DNA of 64,000 bases from a virus. Lineage: Duplodnaviria > Caudoviricetes. The DNA lies in the IMG/VR virus record IMGVR_UViG_2932588108_000002, positions 26,603 through 90,602 of that record; one strand, given 5' to 3'. Below the pieces are notes generated by a model that made no database searches, was not told the origin of the DNA, and saw nothing but the letters and a program-made list of their open reading frames with translations. Each line of letters opens with the position of its first letter. The stretch's first letter is position 1. Positions 9,312 through 18,982 of this stretch are shown piece after piece. The position numbers and the translations under genes were made by a program.

Positions 9312-9572
9312 GTGGCTGATCAAGAGTCGCCCCGAGTCCTACGGCTCACATTCGAGTTCCACGTGCCCGTCGGGCTGCGCGTCAACATCCATGGCTCACG
9401 CGTGAGGAAGGCCGCTGAGGCGATCACCAGCGCCGTGCAGGCCCTGGCCGGTCAAGTCTTCCCGTGGGCCTCGGAAATGCGGGTCCGTCACGAATGGTCG
9501 TACGCCTGGCACGACCACAGGCCGGAGCCCATCAGCTTGCCGGCCACAGACAAGAACACGCCGAAGACGTAG
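9312..9572 (+). CDS. Hypothetical protein
   Basis: GAGGGGG RBS upstream; 86 aa; good codon bias. Confidence 0.6.
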   Translation: MADQESPRVLRLTFEFHVPVGLRVNIHGSRVRKAAEAITSAVQALAGQVFPWASEMRVRHEWSYAWHDHRPEPISLPATDKNTPKT

Positions 9573-9729
9573 CCGCGGGCTGAGCCCCGCGCGACAGACC
9601 CACAACTGAACACCTGGCGTCATGGCCAGACCACCCCGGCGGAGAGCACCGCCGGACAGCCCGAACGAAGGAACTCGAAGGAAGTCCTGCGTATGACGCA
9701 GCCTCATCCATGGCCGATCAGCTGGAGGC

Positions 9730-10071
9730 ATGACCGTGCCGTTCGATCCCGACCGCCCGGCCCCGCCCAAGGGAATGAAGCACCGCACCGCTCGCGGCTA
9801 CGTCATCGCCGGACCTGACGACCGCGGATGCTGCGTGATTCACGAGATGTGGGTTGATCCCGAGCACCGCGGCAGCGGCGAAGGACGCGCCCTGGTCAAC
9901 TTCGTTCGCGCGTGGGCACGCGAACGGAAACTCGGGCCACTCGTTGTCCACTGCTCGCCTCGCAACCAAGGCGGCCGGGCCTTCTACGAAGCCCTTGGCA
10001 TGCGTGCCGTCGCCATCGTCTACCAAGAGGATCTAGACGGCGCAGAGCACGGTCACTCCGGATCGCGATAG
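9730..10071 (+). CDS. GNAT family N-acetyltransferase
   Basis: MWVDPEHRGSGEGRALV (motif A), NQGGRAFYEALG (motif B); GGAGG RBS. Confidence 0.8.
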   Translation: MTVPFDPDRPAPPKGMKHRTARGYVIAGPDDRGCCVIHEMWVDPEHRGSGEGRALVNFVRAWARERKLGPLVVHCSPRNQGGRAFYEALGMRAVAIVYQEDLDGAEHGHSGSR

Positions 10072-10097
10072 CGACATCGGTCCCCGCTACGCAGGGG

Positions 10098-10571
10098 TCA
10101 TGCCTTGCGTGCCCAGTAGTCAGCCAGCATCTCGCCCGGCCAGGCGGGCTCATGGACAGTGCCTCGCGGACCCATCTCGGCGAAGTACGGCGACAGGTCA
10201 TAGATCTTCGTGCCGACGACTGCGTCCAGATCGGTCACGCGCAGTGTGAGTCCGTCGACCTTGAGCAGTCGGGGGAAGCTCTGCGCTAGTTGGTTGGGGC
10301 GCCGGTGATTGCGGTGCGCGAACGTCCCGGTTGCCGGCCACTCTGTGTTCCCGCGTGGGCTCCGGGCGTGGTATTCGACGTCGTCGGGCGAGGCCAGGTT
10401 GAAGTGCCACACCACTACCAGGTGGGAGAACTCCCCGAGGCCCTGCACGGAGTCGAGCGGAAACTCGGCCTCGTCGAGCTGGATCACTGACTCGATGCCG
10501 CCCCAGTAATCGTCAGCGACCTCGGTGCGACCTTCGACGACTTCCCCGATCGGCTTGATCTCCAAGGTCAT
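10098..10571 (-). CDS. TrmO/TsaA-like SAM-binding methyltransferase
   Basis: IKPIG, GLGEFSHLVVVWHF, GTFAHRNHRRPNQL, DLDAVVGTKIYDLSPY match the TsaA/YaeB fold motifs. Confidence 0.82.
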   Translation of the reverse strand: MTLEIKPIGEVVEGRTEVADDYWGGIESVIQLDEAEFPLDSVQGLGEFSHLVVVWHFNLASPDDVEYHARSPRGNTEWPATGTFAHRNHRRPNQLAQSFPRLLKVDGLTLRVTDLDAVVGTKIYDLSPYFAEMGPRGTVHEPAWPGEMLADYWARKA

Positions 10572-10608
10572 GCCCCAGCCCTTCGTCTTTGCCTCAATGA
10601 CGTTGCGA

Positions 10609-12000
10609 TCAATCTACTTGGGCGAGGTACGAGGCTGCACGGGCGTCGAGCACGCCTACCGCTGGGATGCCGCGCTTGCGGTAGGGCGACAACAGGTGGC
10701 GCATGTCGACGACTGTCTGCCGGGCCCGGCCGGAGTAGATGCCGTCCTCCATCGCGTCGAGGACGTTGATCCATGTCGCGCAGGCTTCTTCGACGCCGCC
10801 TTGGGCGATTTGCGTTGCGCCCATGTACCCGAGGGTGACCGCGTGTGTGCGCCTGAACGCTGCGCCGCGAGTTCGCACGGAGCGACGGAACTGCTTGACC
10901 GCCCGTCGGTGGTCACCGAGGTCCCGCAGAGTGCATGCGGTTTCGTGCGCCAAGGAAGCCTCCCCGAAGAAGAAGGTCCGATCCGGCTCCCTGATCCCGT
11001 CGTGGGCGTTCGACAGGTCGTCCTCGGCCCGAAGCAGCGCCCGCGCTGCCTCCTCCTTGTGGCCGCTCGCGGCGAGGGTCCGCGCGTGCACGACGCCGAG
11101 GAGCGCTCGCTCGCGGGGTGTGGCGGCTGCGTACCGCTCGCCGTGTACCGAAGCCTGCGCGATCTGGAGGGCTTCGCTGCGAAAGCCCAGGTCGAGCGCC
11201 TGGTGCGCCATGGCACGCAAGATGTGTCCGCTCAGGGGTGCGTCGCCTGACCGGGCAGCGAGCTTCACCGCGGTGTTGAAGCGCTGGAGCGCAACCGCAT
11301 GCTCGCCGTTATCGAAGGCCATCCAGCCCGACACGTACGCAAGCTCGGCGGAGGCGGAGAACATGGCACGTCGGGTCGCGTCGTCGGCGAACCGGCCCCG
11401 AAGAAAGTCGTGGGCCTCATGCTTCAGGTACTCGTCGACCGCCCAGCGGCCGTGGCCGCCACCACGCCGCTGGTCCATGCGCGAGAAGGCCAGGGTCAGC
11501 TCGCGCACGGTCTCGACGTCGCCGCGACCGACCCGTTTGCCCACCGAGGGCTCCTCGGCCAGCGGCCTCGACATCGCGTCCCACCACGTCTCCTCGGGAA
11601 GGATCAGGGCCGCCGCGGAGTAGACCCCACCCGTCAGCAGTCGACGCCGGTCCGTGTCCACGCCACTCCCCAAGTCGTTCAGCGCGATCAACGGATCAAC
11701 GCGCCAGTCCAGCGCCCCCTGCGCTGGTGAGGTGGAAGCTGCGAACCCGATCTCTTGTGGCGTGATCTCACGCTTCAAACGACGGGACAGCGCCTGGCAC
11801 AAGATAGCGGGCGCGATTCCCGACGGCTCGGTGCCTCCCACCCACATGCTGACGTGGGAGCGTCCGATCTTGGAGTTCTCCCGCACGTCACCGTTCAGTG
11901 TCTCGACGGCGACCCGGTTGTACGCAGCGGCGGCTTGCGCTCGTGACCAGCCCGCATCCAGGAGGAGTGCGGCCAGCCGCTCGTTTCTCTCGCGCGCCAT
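10609..12000 (-). CDS. HTH-TPR transcriptional regulator (NsdA-like Streptomyces family)
   Basis: NERLAALL..AGWS, VSMWVGGTEP, DRRRLL, MDQRRGGGH, AELAYVSGWMAFDNG, FFGEASL motifs; ATG at 12000. Confidence 0.8.
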   Translation of the reverse strand: MARERNERLAALLLDAGWSRAQAAAAYNRVAVETLNGDVRENSKIGRSHVSMWVGGTEPSGIAPAILCQALSRRLKREITPQEIGFAASTSPAQGALDWRVDPLIALNDLGSGVDTDRRRLLTGGVYSAAALILPEETWWDAMSRPLAEEPSVGKRVGRGDVETVRELTLAFSRMDQRRGGGHGRWAVDEYLKHEAHDFLRGRFADDATRRAMFSASAELAYVSGWMAFDNGEHAVALQRFNTAVKLAARSGDAPLSGHILRAMAHQALDLGFRSEALQIAQASVHGERYAAATPRERALLGVVHARTLAASGHKEEAARALLRAEDDLSNAHDGIREPDRTFFFGEASLAHETACTLRDLGDHRRAVKQFRRSVRTRGAAFRRTHAVTLGYMGATQIAQGGVEEACATWINVLDAMEDGIYSGRARQTVVDMRHLLSPYRKRGIPAVGVLDARAASYLAQVD

Positions 12001-12175
12001 CCTGCGCCCCCGCCGCTGAAAACGATCTTTGACCACGTTGACCGGACCCGCCCCGGCAGCAGCTCGGGGACGGGTGCAGATCCAACGTAGTGCTCAACTG
12101 CCTCTTGGCGCAGCCGAGGTGGCGGAAAGCCACCCTGGCCGCCTCACGGTGAGGAGTTCATCCGCTCGCTGACGT

Positions 12176-12997
12176 TCAGCTCAGGGAGGCCAGCAGATCG
12201 GAGGCCGCAGCCTCCATGGCCCCGGTCAGCGGCCCCGCCTTCCCCGTCCGTCGGTACGCCCGCGCCACGTTCGCGCACAGCATCAGCCGTGACAGCTGAC
12301 CGGTCCGAGTGTTGAGGACGTCGGCGAACTCGTTGAGGACACGCGCGGCCAGGGCGGGGACCGACAGCGAGGCTGACCACAGACAGGCCGCGTCCCAGCC
12401 GGCGGGCGCCAGCCCCCAGTCCTCCCAATCGAGCAGCGTGAGCGGGGCGGCGGTCAGGTTGGCGTATCCGACGTCGCCGTGTGCGCACGTCCACTCCGCC
12501 ACTGTCGTGTCGACCTGGTCGCCGTACACCTCCCCAATCCGCCTGGAGAGGTGGCCCTGCTGGACGCATACCCGGCTCGTTTCGTGCAGGGCCAGGTTCT
12601 CGAGCGCCGTACGCAGGTCGGCCCACCAGGCGTCTGTCAGGCCCGGGTCGCGGTCGACGGTGCCGGCCGGCGAGAGCGCCGGGGCGGCGGCGAGGCTCAT
12701 CTCATCGACCCGCCACACCACCCCCCGGCCCTCGTCGTGCCACATTGAGCCCGCGAACCAGTTCGGTCGCGGCACGCCTTCGATCGCGACGGATGCCTCC
12801 AGTCCGGTCCACGACTGCGCGCTGAACGCGCCGGGCCGCACCCACGCCAGCCGCACCCACGTGCCCGCCGACGTCCGGAACCCGGCCGTCCCGTTGTACT
12901 TGGAGTAGTGGGCACGGTCGCGGTCGAGGACGCGGCCGGTACGCTTCTCCGCTTCGGCAAGGACGTCCTCGTGGCTGATGGTCGACAGGTCATCCAT
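12176..12997 (-). CDS. APH/protein-kinase-like phosphotransferase
   Basis: CAHGDVGYANL catalytic loop and LLDWEDWG metal-binding motif; ATG 12997 overlaps the AKR stop. Confidence 0.8.
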   Translation of the reverse strand: MDDLSTISHEDVLAEAEKRTGRVLDRDRAHYSKYNGTAGFRTSAGTWVRLAWVRPGAFSAQSWTGLEASVAIEGVPRPNWFAGSMWHDEGRGVVWRVDEMSLAAAPALSPAGTVDRDPGLTDAWWADLRTALENLALHETSRVCVQQGHLSRRIGEVYGDQVDTTVAEWTCAHGDVGYANLTAAPLTLLDWEDWGLAPAGWDAACLWSASLSVPALAARVLNEFADVLNTRTGQLSRLMLCANVARAYRRTGKAGPLTGAMEAAASDLLASLS

Positions 12998-13832
12998 GGT
13001 GGGCTGCACGGGCGGCCTCCTCTCTGCGTCCGGCCCGTTCCCGTAGCAGTGTGCGGTAGGCGTGAACCGTCTGCATGCTGGCCGCGATGCGGGTAGCGGC
13101 GGCGAGCTCGGCGAGGTGGTCCGGCTGGGAAGTTCCCACGGCGATCCTGCTGACGGAGGGGACGGCGAACGCTGCTGCCAGCCTGGCCTGGACGCTCGAT
13201 ACGGCTGGCTGCCCTGGTTCGAGGAACAAGCCGGTGTCGACGCCGGACCAGACCGGATCTGATGGGTCGCCCGCAAAGGGTGCCATACCCCACACCGCCC
13301 TGCCACTTAGCTCGTGGGCAAGGTTCTCGGCGGCGTCGAGGACCGGGCCGGGCACGGCCAGCCCAGCCCGCACCATCACCACATCTGGCCGTACGGGTAC
13401 CCCGGCCGCGACGGGGGCCAGGGGCAGCGGGTTCCACGTGGCGACACCCCAGGCCCGGCAAAGGCCCGCTGCCTGGCAGGCGGCGAGCGTCTCGCACGCG
13501 ACTGCGAACCGTTCTGGATCGTGCTCGGGGTTGTGCAGAAGCACCGTGTCGGGCACCCGGCCGAGGGCTTCCCCTGCCTCGGCTACGGCGGCCCTCAGCC
13601 GGTCCGGGTCGAGGTCGTGGCCGTCGGGGAAGTACCCCACTTTGGTCGACACCTCGAACCGCTCAAGGAGTTCGCCCGCCTCACTCGCAAGCGCCCGGTG
13701 TCCGTCGTACCCGCTGTAGTTGTAGGCCGTATCGACTGCGGTGATACCGGCCTCTAGAGCCCGTTCGAGGACAGCACGGGAGGGACCAGACCGGTATAGC
13801 CCGAGGACAATTCGTCGGTCAGCTCCGCGCAC
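12990..13832 (-). CDS. Aldo/keto reductase
   Basis: Catalytic tetrad context DTAYNY, STKVG, LLHNP; VGTSQPDHL NADP-binding tail. Confidence 0.85.
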   Translation of the reverse strand: MRGADRRIVLGLYRSGPSRAVLERALEAGITAVDTAYNYSGYDGHRALASEAGELLERFEVSTKVGYFPDGHDLDPDRLRAAVAEAGEALGRVPDTVLLHNPEHDPERFAVACETLAACQAAGLCRAWGVATWNPLPLAPVAAGVPVRPDVVMVRAGLAVPGPVLDAAENLAHELSGRAVWGMAPFAGDPSDPVWSGVDTGLFLEPGQPAVSSVQARLAAAFAVPSVSRIAVGTSQPDHLAELAAATRIAASMQTVHAYRTLLRERAGRREEAARAAHHG

Positions 13833-14977
13833 AGCCCCTCCCGGATCAGGATGTCGGCGAGTTCCCCAGCGTTGACGCCTGTCTCAATGCCTGCTTGCTC
13901 GATCTCCACCGGCGCGCCGGACAGGAATAAGCGCAGTGCGGGCAGGGCCTTGCCATGGAAGGTGAGGCGCTTGCCCGTGGCGGTGACGGTGACGTGTTCG
14001 CCGTCCGGCTCAACGAGCGGCGGGAACTCGGTCACGCACACCACGGCGGTCGGCGGCCCGAACAGGCCGGAGGTCTGCACGTGCCGGGCCGCCGTGCGCT
14101 CTTGCTCGCGGGTGGCAAGGAAGGCAGCCGGAGGGAACTCCTCGACCAGTCGGGCGGTCGCGGCCGCGAGCGCGGCGGTCTGCTCAGACTTGCCTTCCGC
14201 CGTGCCCCACCGGTCCAGGTCCGTACGGAACGTCTCCTCGCGCCGGCACTGGTCGACCAGCCACGTCAGCCAGTTCACTCCCGTGCGCTTCACGAACCCG
14301 AACGTCAAGTGCAGGCTGTACCCGTCGCCGCTGTCGGTACGGGTGGCCTGGTGCCAGTGGCCTCGGGGTATGTGCATGACGTCCCCGGCCTTGAGCGTCC
14401 CCCGCCATATGGACTGCTCCGGCGGGGTGTTGTTTGGCTCGGCGTCCCGGTACATCGGCACCGGTCGGGACACACCACGCACGTCCCACGACTTCTCACC
14501 GGCCACCTGCATGATCACTACGTCATGGTCGTCCCAGTGCAACGCGAACCCAGCCGCGTCCTGGGTCGTGAGGTAGGCGTTCACCTGGACGAGCTCGCGG
14601 GACCACCACTGCAATGCCCGGCAGGCGACCTCAAGGGTGGGGTCAAAGAAGTCGAGTTCGTCGAGGACCAGAGTGCAGCCCTCGCGCATCAGCGCCCCAA
14701 GGCGCGTCATGTTCGCGAAGCGGATGCCCTGCCCGCGGCGGGTGACGGTGTCGGTGAAGTATTCGCCGGGGTGAAGCTCACGCCCGTCCTGGAACGCCCG
14801 GAACTGGGGGTGGGATAGGCCGCGCCGCATCACGGTGTCGAGAAGCCGGACCGGGGTCATCAGCCTCGGGAGAAGGGCTGGGGTGGGGATGCTGCCCCTG
14901 GTGAACGCGGAGCCCATGGGGGTCGGGCCGTCCCAACCGAGCGCGGATTCGATGGCGTGAACAAGCTGGTGCTGCAC
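13754..14977 (-). CDS. JmjC/cupin-4 Fe(II)/2-oxoglutarate oxygenase with C-terminal winged helix
   Basis: NAYLT, FALHWDDHDV (HxD), GEKSW, HIPRGHWH (distal His), SLHLTFG; in-frame TTA at 13928-13930. Confidence 0.88.
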   Translation of the reverse strand: MQHQLVHAIESALGWDGPTPMGSAFTRGSIPTPALLPRLMTPVRLLDTVMRRGLSHPQFRAFQDGRELHPGEYFTDTVTRRGQGIRFANMTRLGALMREGCTLVLDELDFFDPTLEVACRALQWWSRELVQVNAYLTTQDAAGFALHWDDHDVVIMQVAGEKSWDVRGVSRPVPMYRDAEPNNTPPEQSIWRGTLKAGDVMHIPRGHWHQATRTDSGDGYSLHLTFGFVKRTGVNWLTWLVDQCRREETFRTDLDRWGTAEGKSEQTAALAAATARLVEEFPPAAFLATREQERTAARHVQTSGLFGPPTAVVCVTEFPPLVEPDGEHVTVTATGKRLTFHGKALPALRLFLSGAPVEIEQAGIETGVNAGELADILIREGLCAELTDELSSGYTGLVPPVLSSNGL

Positions 14978-15002
14978 ATGTCCTCCGGGAAGCGTGAGGG
15001 GG

Positions 15003-15031
15003 TGGGCCCGCCGCAGACCACGGCGGGCCCA
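15003..15031 (-). terminator. Stem-loop between small peptide gene and JmjC gene
   Basis: TGGGCCCGCCG-cagacca-CGGCGGGCCCA perfect 11-bp stem. Confidence 0.6.
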
Positions 15032-15049
15032 GGTGCGGAGAAGCGGCGC

Positions 15050-15220
15050 CTACGCCTCGGGGTGGTTCAGGCCGTCGCGGTTCTCTCCGTCGTCCCCGGC
15101 GGAGGTTCCGGTGGGGTCGGACTCCTGAGTGTCGAAGCGGTCCTGCACACGGGCCAGTTGCTCGACGGCGATCAGGAGCCCGGACTCGCCGACGCTGCTG
15201 GACGGTTCTCGGTTGGCCAT
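15050..15220 (-). CDS. 56-aa acidic peptide, candidate RiPP precursor
   Basis: Read by hand: MANREPSSSVGESGLLIAVEQLARVQDRFDTQESDPTGTSAGDDGENRDGLNHPEA*; GAGGA upstream of ATG; below the ORF-track size cut-off. Confidence 0.65.
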   Translation of the reverse strand: MANREPSSSVGESGLLIAVEQLARVQDRFDTQESDPTGTSAGDDGENRDGLNHPEA

Positions 15221-15393
15221 GGTCGTCCTCGCTCACTTCCGGTGAAGGGGGCTAATGACGTGCTGTGGTGCCCTGGAACCCTGCCTTCTCGAACGTATGT
15301 ACGCAAGGTGTGAATGAGCCCGCGCCGGGCGGTCTAGGCGAGCCGAGGTGCCCCGTGATACCCACACGCATGGGCGCTCCTACAGGTACGCCC

Positions 15394-15921
15394 TCAGCCG
15401 CGCAGATTCTTGACCATGACCGCGTACACCGGAGAGTCGGCGAAGGGCTGCTGCTCGCCGGCCTTGTGGTAGCCCCATGTCTCGTACATGTCCTGCACCT
15501 TCGGGTGGGTCACGTCGACCAGGAGCACGGCCAAGTCCTCGCCGCGCCGGCTCAGCAGCGCTTCGTGTAGCCGCTCGGAGATACCCTGCTTGCGCCACTT
15601 CGGGCGCACCATGACCTCGGAGACCGCGTACGTCGCGGTGTAGCCGTTGTTCGGCTTGAAGGAGGTGGAGCGCCACCACTCGCGGCCGGGCTGCAGCGGG
15701 GCGCCGTACGCGAACCCGGTCGGCTCCTCGCCCTCGAACGCGACGACGCAGGTGAAGCCATTCATCGCAGACCAGTGGTCGACGAACCAGGGGAACCGCT
15801 GGTTGAACTCGTTATCCATGGCGTCGGCGTAAGAGTCGGCGTGCACGTCGATCAGCATTTGCCTGAAGCCTTCGGGGAGGCTTCCGTGGTTGTAGTGGCG
15901 CAGGTCGATCAGCCTGGTCAC
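15394..15921 (-). CDS. GNAT family N-acetyltransferase
   Basis: GFAYG, SEVMVRPKWRKQGISERLH, YETWGY; GTGA overlap with the upstream regulator. Confidence 0.82.
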   Translation of the reverse strand: MTRLIDLRHYNHGSLPEGFRQMLIDVHADSYADAMDNEFNQRFPWFVDHWSAMNGFTCVVAFEGEEPTGFAYGAPLQPGREWWRSTSFKPNNGYTATYAVSEVMVRPKWRKQGISERLHEALLSRRGEDLAVLLVDVTHPKVQDMYETWGYHKAGEQQPFADSPVYAVMVKNLRG

Positions 15922-17171
15922 GCTCGACTCCATTCTTCTCGCATACGGTCTGCCCAGTCGCGGGCGTACGCCGTGGACGGCGCCATCCGGAACAGGTCTC
16001 GGTGGAAGTCTCCGATCAGGGTGCGCATGCGTCCAGGGAGCGGAGCGCCGTCCATGATCTGGAAGACGGTGGCCGCGGTCGCTGTGGCCTGCTCGGGCTC
16101 GCCTTGCCGTAGCTGGGCGAGCGCGAGCTGACACGTTGCCAAGGCGCGGTTGCGTTGGAACTCTGCCGGGATCTTGGCGAGCGCGCGGTGGGCCATCGCC
16201 TCGGCGTCGGCGGACTCCCCGTTGTGGTTGAGGATGATGGCCGCGAGGTGGTTGAGCTCGGCCGGGCCGTAGAACGCGGTCCAGCGCGGGCGGTCGTCCT
16301 CGACGGCCTTCCGAAGGGTCTCTTGCGCCGAACCGAGGGCCCTCTTGGCGGCCTGGGGGTCACCCATCGACGAATGGGCGAGAGCGAGGCGCACGCGGCC
16401 CATGGAGCTGAAGAAGGGATCGCTGCGTGCCGCCTTTGACGCATTGGCCGCCTGGGCGGCTGCAAGCTGTTCCGGCCAGTTCTTCCGCTGGTAGGCGAGC
16501 ATCGCGACGTTGATCCATACCCGCATCCCCGTCGGGGCGTCTTGGGACAGGCCCGCGAAGGTGGTGGCCTCGTGGAGGTGTGCCTGAGCCGTGTCCAAAT
16601 CGCGCAGGTCGATGCATGCCCAGGCCGCGATGGTCGTGTACTCGGCGGCGAGCGCGTACAGGGCGCGGCGCACGGTCTCGCTGGCGTTCTGCTGCTGGAG
16701 TTCCAGGATTTTGGCTCGGCCTGCGAGGGCTGCGGCGGCGAGGGATCGGTGTCCGCCCTGGCGGTCGTCGGCTTCTACGAGTTTGTTCATGCCGGCGGAC
16801 GCTCGGGCCACGTCCGTCATGCCGACCGAGCGCCGCTGTCTCCCAACGGACAAAGCGGCGGTCGCCGTTCCTGTGGTGGCAACGATGAAGTCGCGACGCC
16901 GCACGGGGTCCTCCGGAGGATGGTGCATGGAGCTGGGAGCGCTGAACCCTAAGTCCGCCACCGGGCAGCCGAACACACGCTCAAGTGCTACGCAAGTGCG
17001 GCCGATTGGGCGCCGGGTCGTCCCGTTGAGCAGGTTCCGGATTGTGCGTGACGACATGTCTCCCGTTCTGCCGGTGACCTCCGACAGCGCCTGGTTACAG
17101 CGATCCGCCAACTCATCCTGAGTTAAGCCGAGTTCATCCATCCGCTTCTGAAGGATGACGTTCGCTCCCAT
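15918..17171 (-). CDS. XRE-family HTH-TPR regulator
   Basis: LGLTQDELA HTH, VRRRDF, DDRQGGH, AAWACID, WTAFYGPAEL; two in-frame TTA codons (17124-17126, 16950-16952). Confidence 0.82.
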   Translation of the reverse strand: MGANVILQKRMDELGLTQDELADRCNQALSEVTGRTGDMSSRTIRNLLNGTTRRPIGRTCVALERVFGCPVADLGFSAPSSMHHPPEDPVRRRDFIVATTGTATAALSVGRQRRSVGMTDVARASAGMNKLVEADDRQGGHRSLAAAALAGRAKILELQQQNASETVRRALYALAAEYTTIAAWACIDLRDLDTAQAHLHEATTFAGLSQDAPTGMRVWINVAMLAYQRKNWPEQLAAAQAANASKAARSDPFFSSMGRVRLALAHSSMGDPQAAKRALGSAQETLRKAVEDDRPRWTAFYGPAELNHLAAIILNHNGESADAEAMAHRALAKIPAEFQRNRALATCQLALAQLRQGEPEQATATAATVFQIMDGAPLPGRMRTLIGDFHRDLFRMAPSTAYARDWADRMREEWSRA

Positions 17172-17495
17172 GCACTGAAAGTAGTACCGCCACCCTTGTA
17201 CTGCCCAGAACCAAGGTAACGGGAACGCAAAGTCTTCCGGTCTGCGGTGATGCACGGACCCGGAACCCTTCCTGTTCCCCCATCACCGAGCGTCGTTGAC
17301 TGAACATCAGCCGTCACGCCGGCTCGGCATGACGACATGGAGGGCAGCTCCGCTCTGCGTCTCGCGTCGAACTGGGCGCCCTCAGATGATCTTTGATCAC
17401 CTTGACCACCTCCAGCCCCTTGACCCCATGCCAATCGCACCGGTTAAGCGGTTCGCTCTTGTAGGCCAGCTACTCGACGAGCGGGAGCACCCCAC

Positions 17496-17588
17496 ATGAA
17501 CTCCTCTACTGGCAGGTCCACCCCCGTGATTGCCTTACGACTGGGCGGCATCGGCCCGCAGTTGCGCAGTGGGACTGGCTCCCGATGA
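17496..17588 (+). CDS. 30-aa TTA-containing leader ORF
   Basis: MNSSTGRSTPVIALRLGGIGPQLRSGTGSR*; GGGAG RBS; TTA at 17535-17537; ATGA overlap with the next gene. Confidence 0.35.
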   Translation: MNSSTGRSTPVIALRLGGIGPQLRSGTGSR

Positions 17589-18019
17589 GCCCCGCCACAG
17601 CCGTCGCCACGCTCGCTGCAGAACTGCTGCAACGGACCGCCCGCGGCTTCGCGGTGGCTTTCACGCCGAAGGAAGACCGTGTCGGGCGCATGCGCCGGAT
17701 CACGGTCGCGCACCTGCGGCTGTGGCGGGTGGCTGGGCCGATCGCGGACGACATCGTGCTCGCTGTCTCCGAGCTCGTGACCAACGCCGTCCAGCACGGC
17801 GATGGCGACGTCGCCTTGGAGGTCCTCTACACCGACGATGAGGTGCGGGTCGAAGTCACGGACGGTAGCCCGGAGCCCGCTCAGCTCAGCAGTGCTCAGC
17901 CCGGCGACGTCTCCGGCCGGGGCCTTTTCATCGTCGCCGTCCTCTCCCTGGAATGGGGTGTGAGTGACGACGGCCGTAAGACCTGGGCCCGGTTCCGCGT
18001 CCCCGCGGGGAGGCCGTGA
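17585..18019 (+). CDS. RsbW-like HATPase_c ATP-binding protein
   Basis: LAVSELVTNAVQHG, VEVTDG, SGRGLFIV, WG...GRKTWA. Confidence 0.88.
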   Translation: MSPATAVATLAAELLQRTARGFAVAFTPKEDRVGRMRRITVAHLRLWRVAGPIADDIVLAVSELVTNAVQHGDGDVALEVLYTDDEVRVEVTDGSPEPAQLSSAQPGDVSGRGLFIVAVLSLEWGVSDDGRKTWARFRVPAGRP

Positions 18020-18435
18020 TGATGACCACGCGCCCGCGCCCCGCCCCCGAGCCATGGACTCCTCCTCACGACGCCGACGTACTGGCGGCTTTCGCTGGCC
18101 GGCTGAAGGTCTGGAAGCCACTCGATGTGGAAGCGCTTCTGGACGACGTCGCAGATGCCTTGGACGACTTACCGCCCACCGCGATGGACGTGCCGGATCT
18201 ACTTCAGCGCCTCCAGGCCCATCTCGGCCAGCTCGCGACCATCTCAATCGCCAACGAGGCCAGCGAGAAGGAAGACGACGTTGCCCGCCTGCTCGTCCGC
18301 GGCGAGACCCTGCGGGCCTCTCCCCTTCCATCCGAGCCCGCCAAGGCCCAGGGGCACCTGCGCCAGGTCGGTTGGGTCGTCAACGAACTCGTTGAACGGC
18401 TCGTCGAGGCCCAGTACATGAAGGGAACGGAATGA
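18016..18435 (+). CDS. DUF6415-like hypothetical protein
   Basis: PLDVEALLDDVADAL...LQRLQAHLGQL...AQGHLRQVG; typical upstream of FxLD clusters; in-frame TTA 18169-18171. Confidence 0.6.
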   Translation: MMMTTRPRPAPEPWTPPHDADVLAAFAGRLKVWKPLDVEALLDDVADALDDLPPTAMDVPDLLQRLQAHLGQLATISIANEASEKEDDVARLLVRGETLRASPLPSEPAKAQGHLRQVGWVVNELVERLVEAQYMKGTE

Positions 18436-18929
18436 GTACGGCTACGGCGTCCCGCCCCAGGCCCCATACGCGGCTCCTGGCCGCACGGGACGCGTTCGAC
18501 TACGACTACTTTCGCGAGCGGCTGGCGGACCCCGGTCTCGCCGACGCTGGCGTCGCGGTCGCACTCTTCCGCATCCCACTGCTGGCCGTCCCAGTGGGCG
18601 GCGAACGACACGGCGGATACACGAGCTTCGAGCAACTCGTGGACGCCGTTCAGGCCCGCGCGCTTCTCAGCACCGTTCCCGGCTTCCCGGACCTGCGTAT
18701 CCGCTGGTCGCCGTATCGCGACACCTGCCACACCGTCGAGTGGGGAGAACCCAGCCCCTCTTGGTGGGCGAGCGACGAGGTCTTCGGCCGCTTCTACGGC
18801 TACAGCGCCAACGCCATCGCTGTCTTCGTACGGCATCGCTCACAGACTCCCTCTCCAGAGTTCTCCGAACGTGTTCCCCCACGGCCCAGAGTCACCTGGA
18901 GGGGGCCCAACTTCTCACCGCGGAAGTGA
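18432..18929 (+). CDS. DUF6302-like hypothetical protein
   Basis: LLAVPVGGERHGGY...PGFPDLRIRWS...CHTVEWGE...GRFYGY; ATGA coupled. Confidence 0.6.
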   Translation: MSTATASRPRPHTRLLAARDAFDYDYFRERLADPGLADAGVAVALFRIPLLAVPVGGERHGGYTSFEQLVDAVQARALLSTVPGFPDLRIRWSPYRDTCHTVEWGEPSPSWWASDEVFGRFYGYSANAIAVFVRHRSQTPSPEFSERVPPRPRVTWRGPNFSPRK

Positions 18930-18982
18930 GATTCGACGCGTCGTGCTGGCAGATCGCTCATGCCCAACAAGGAGGAGAACAG

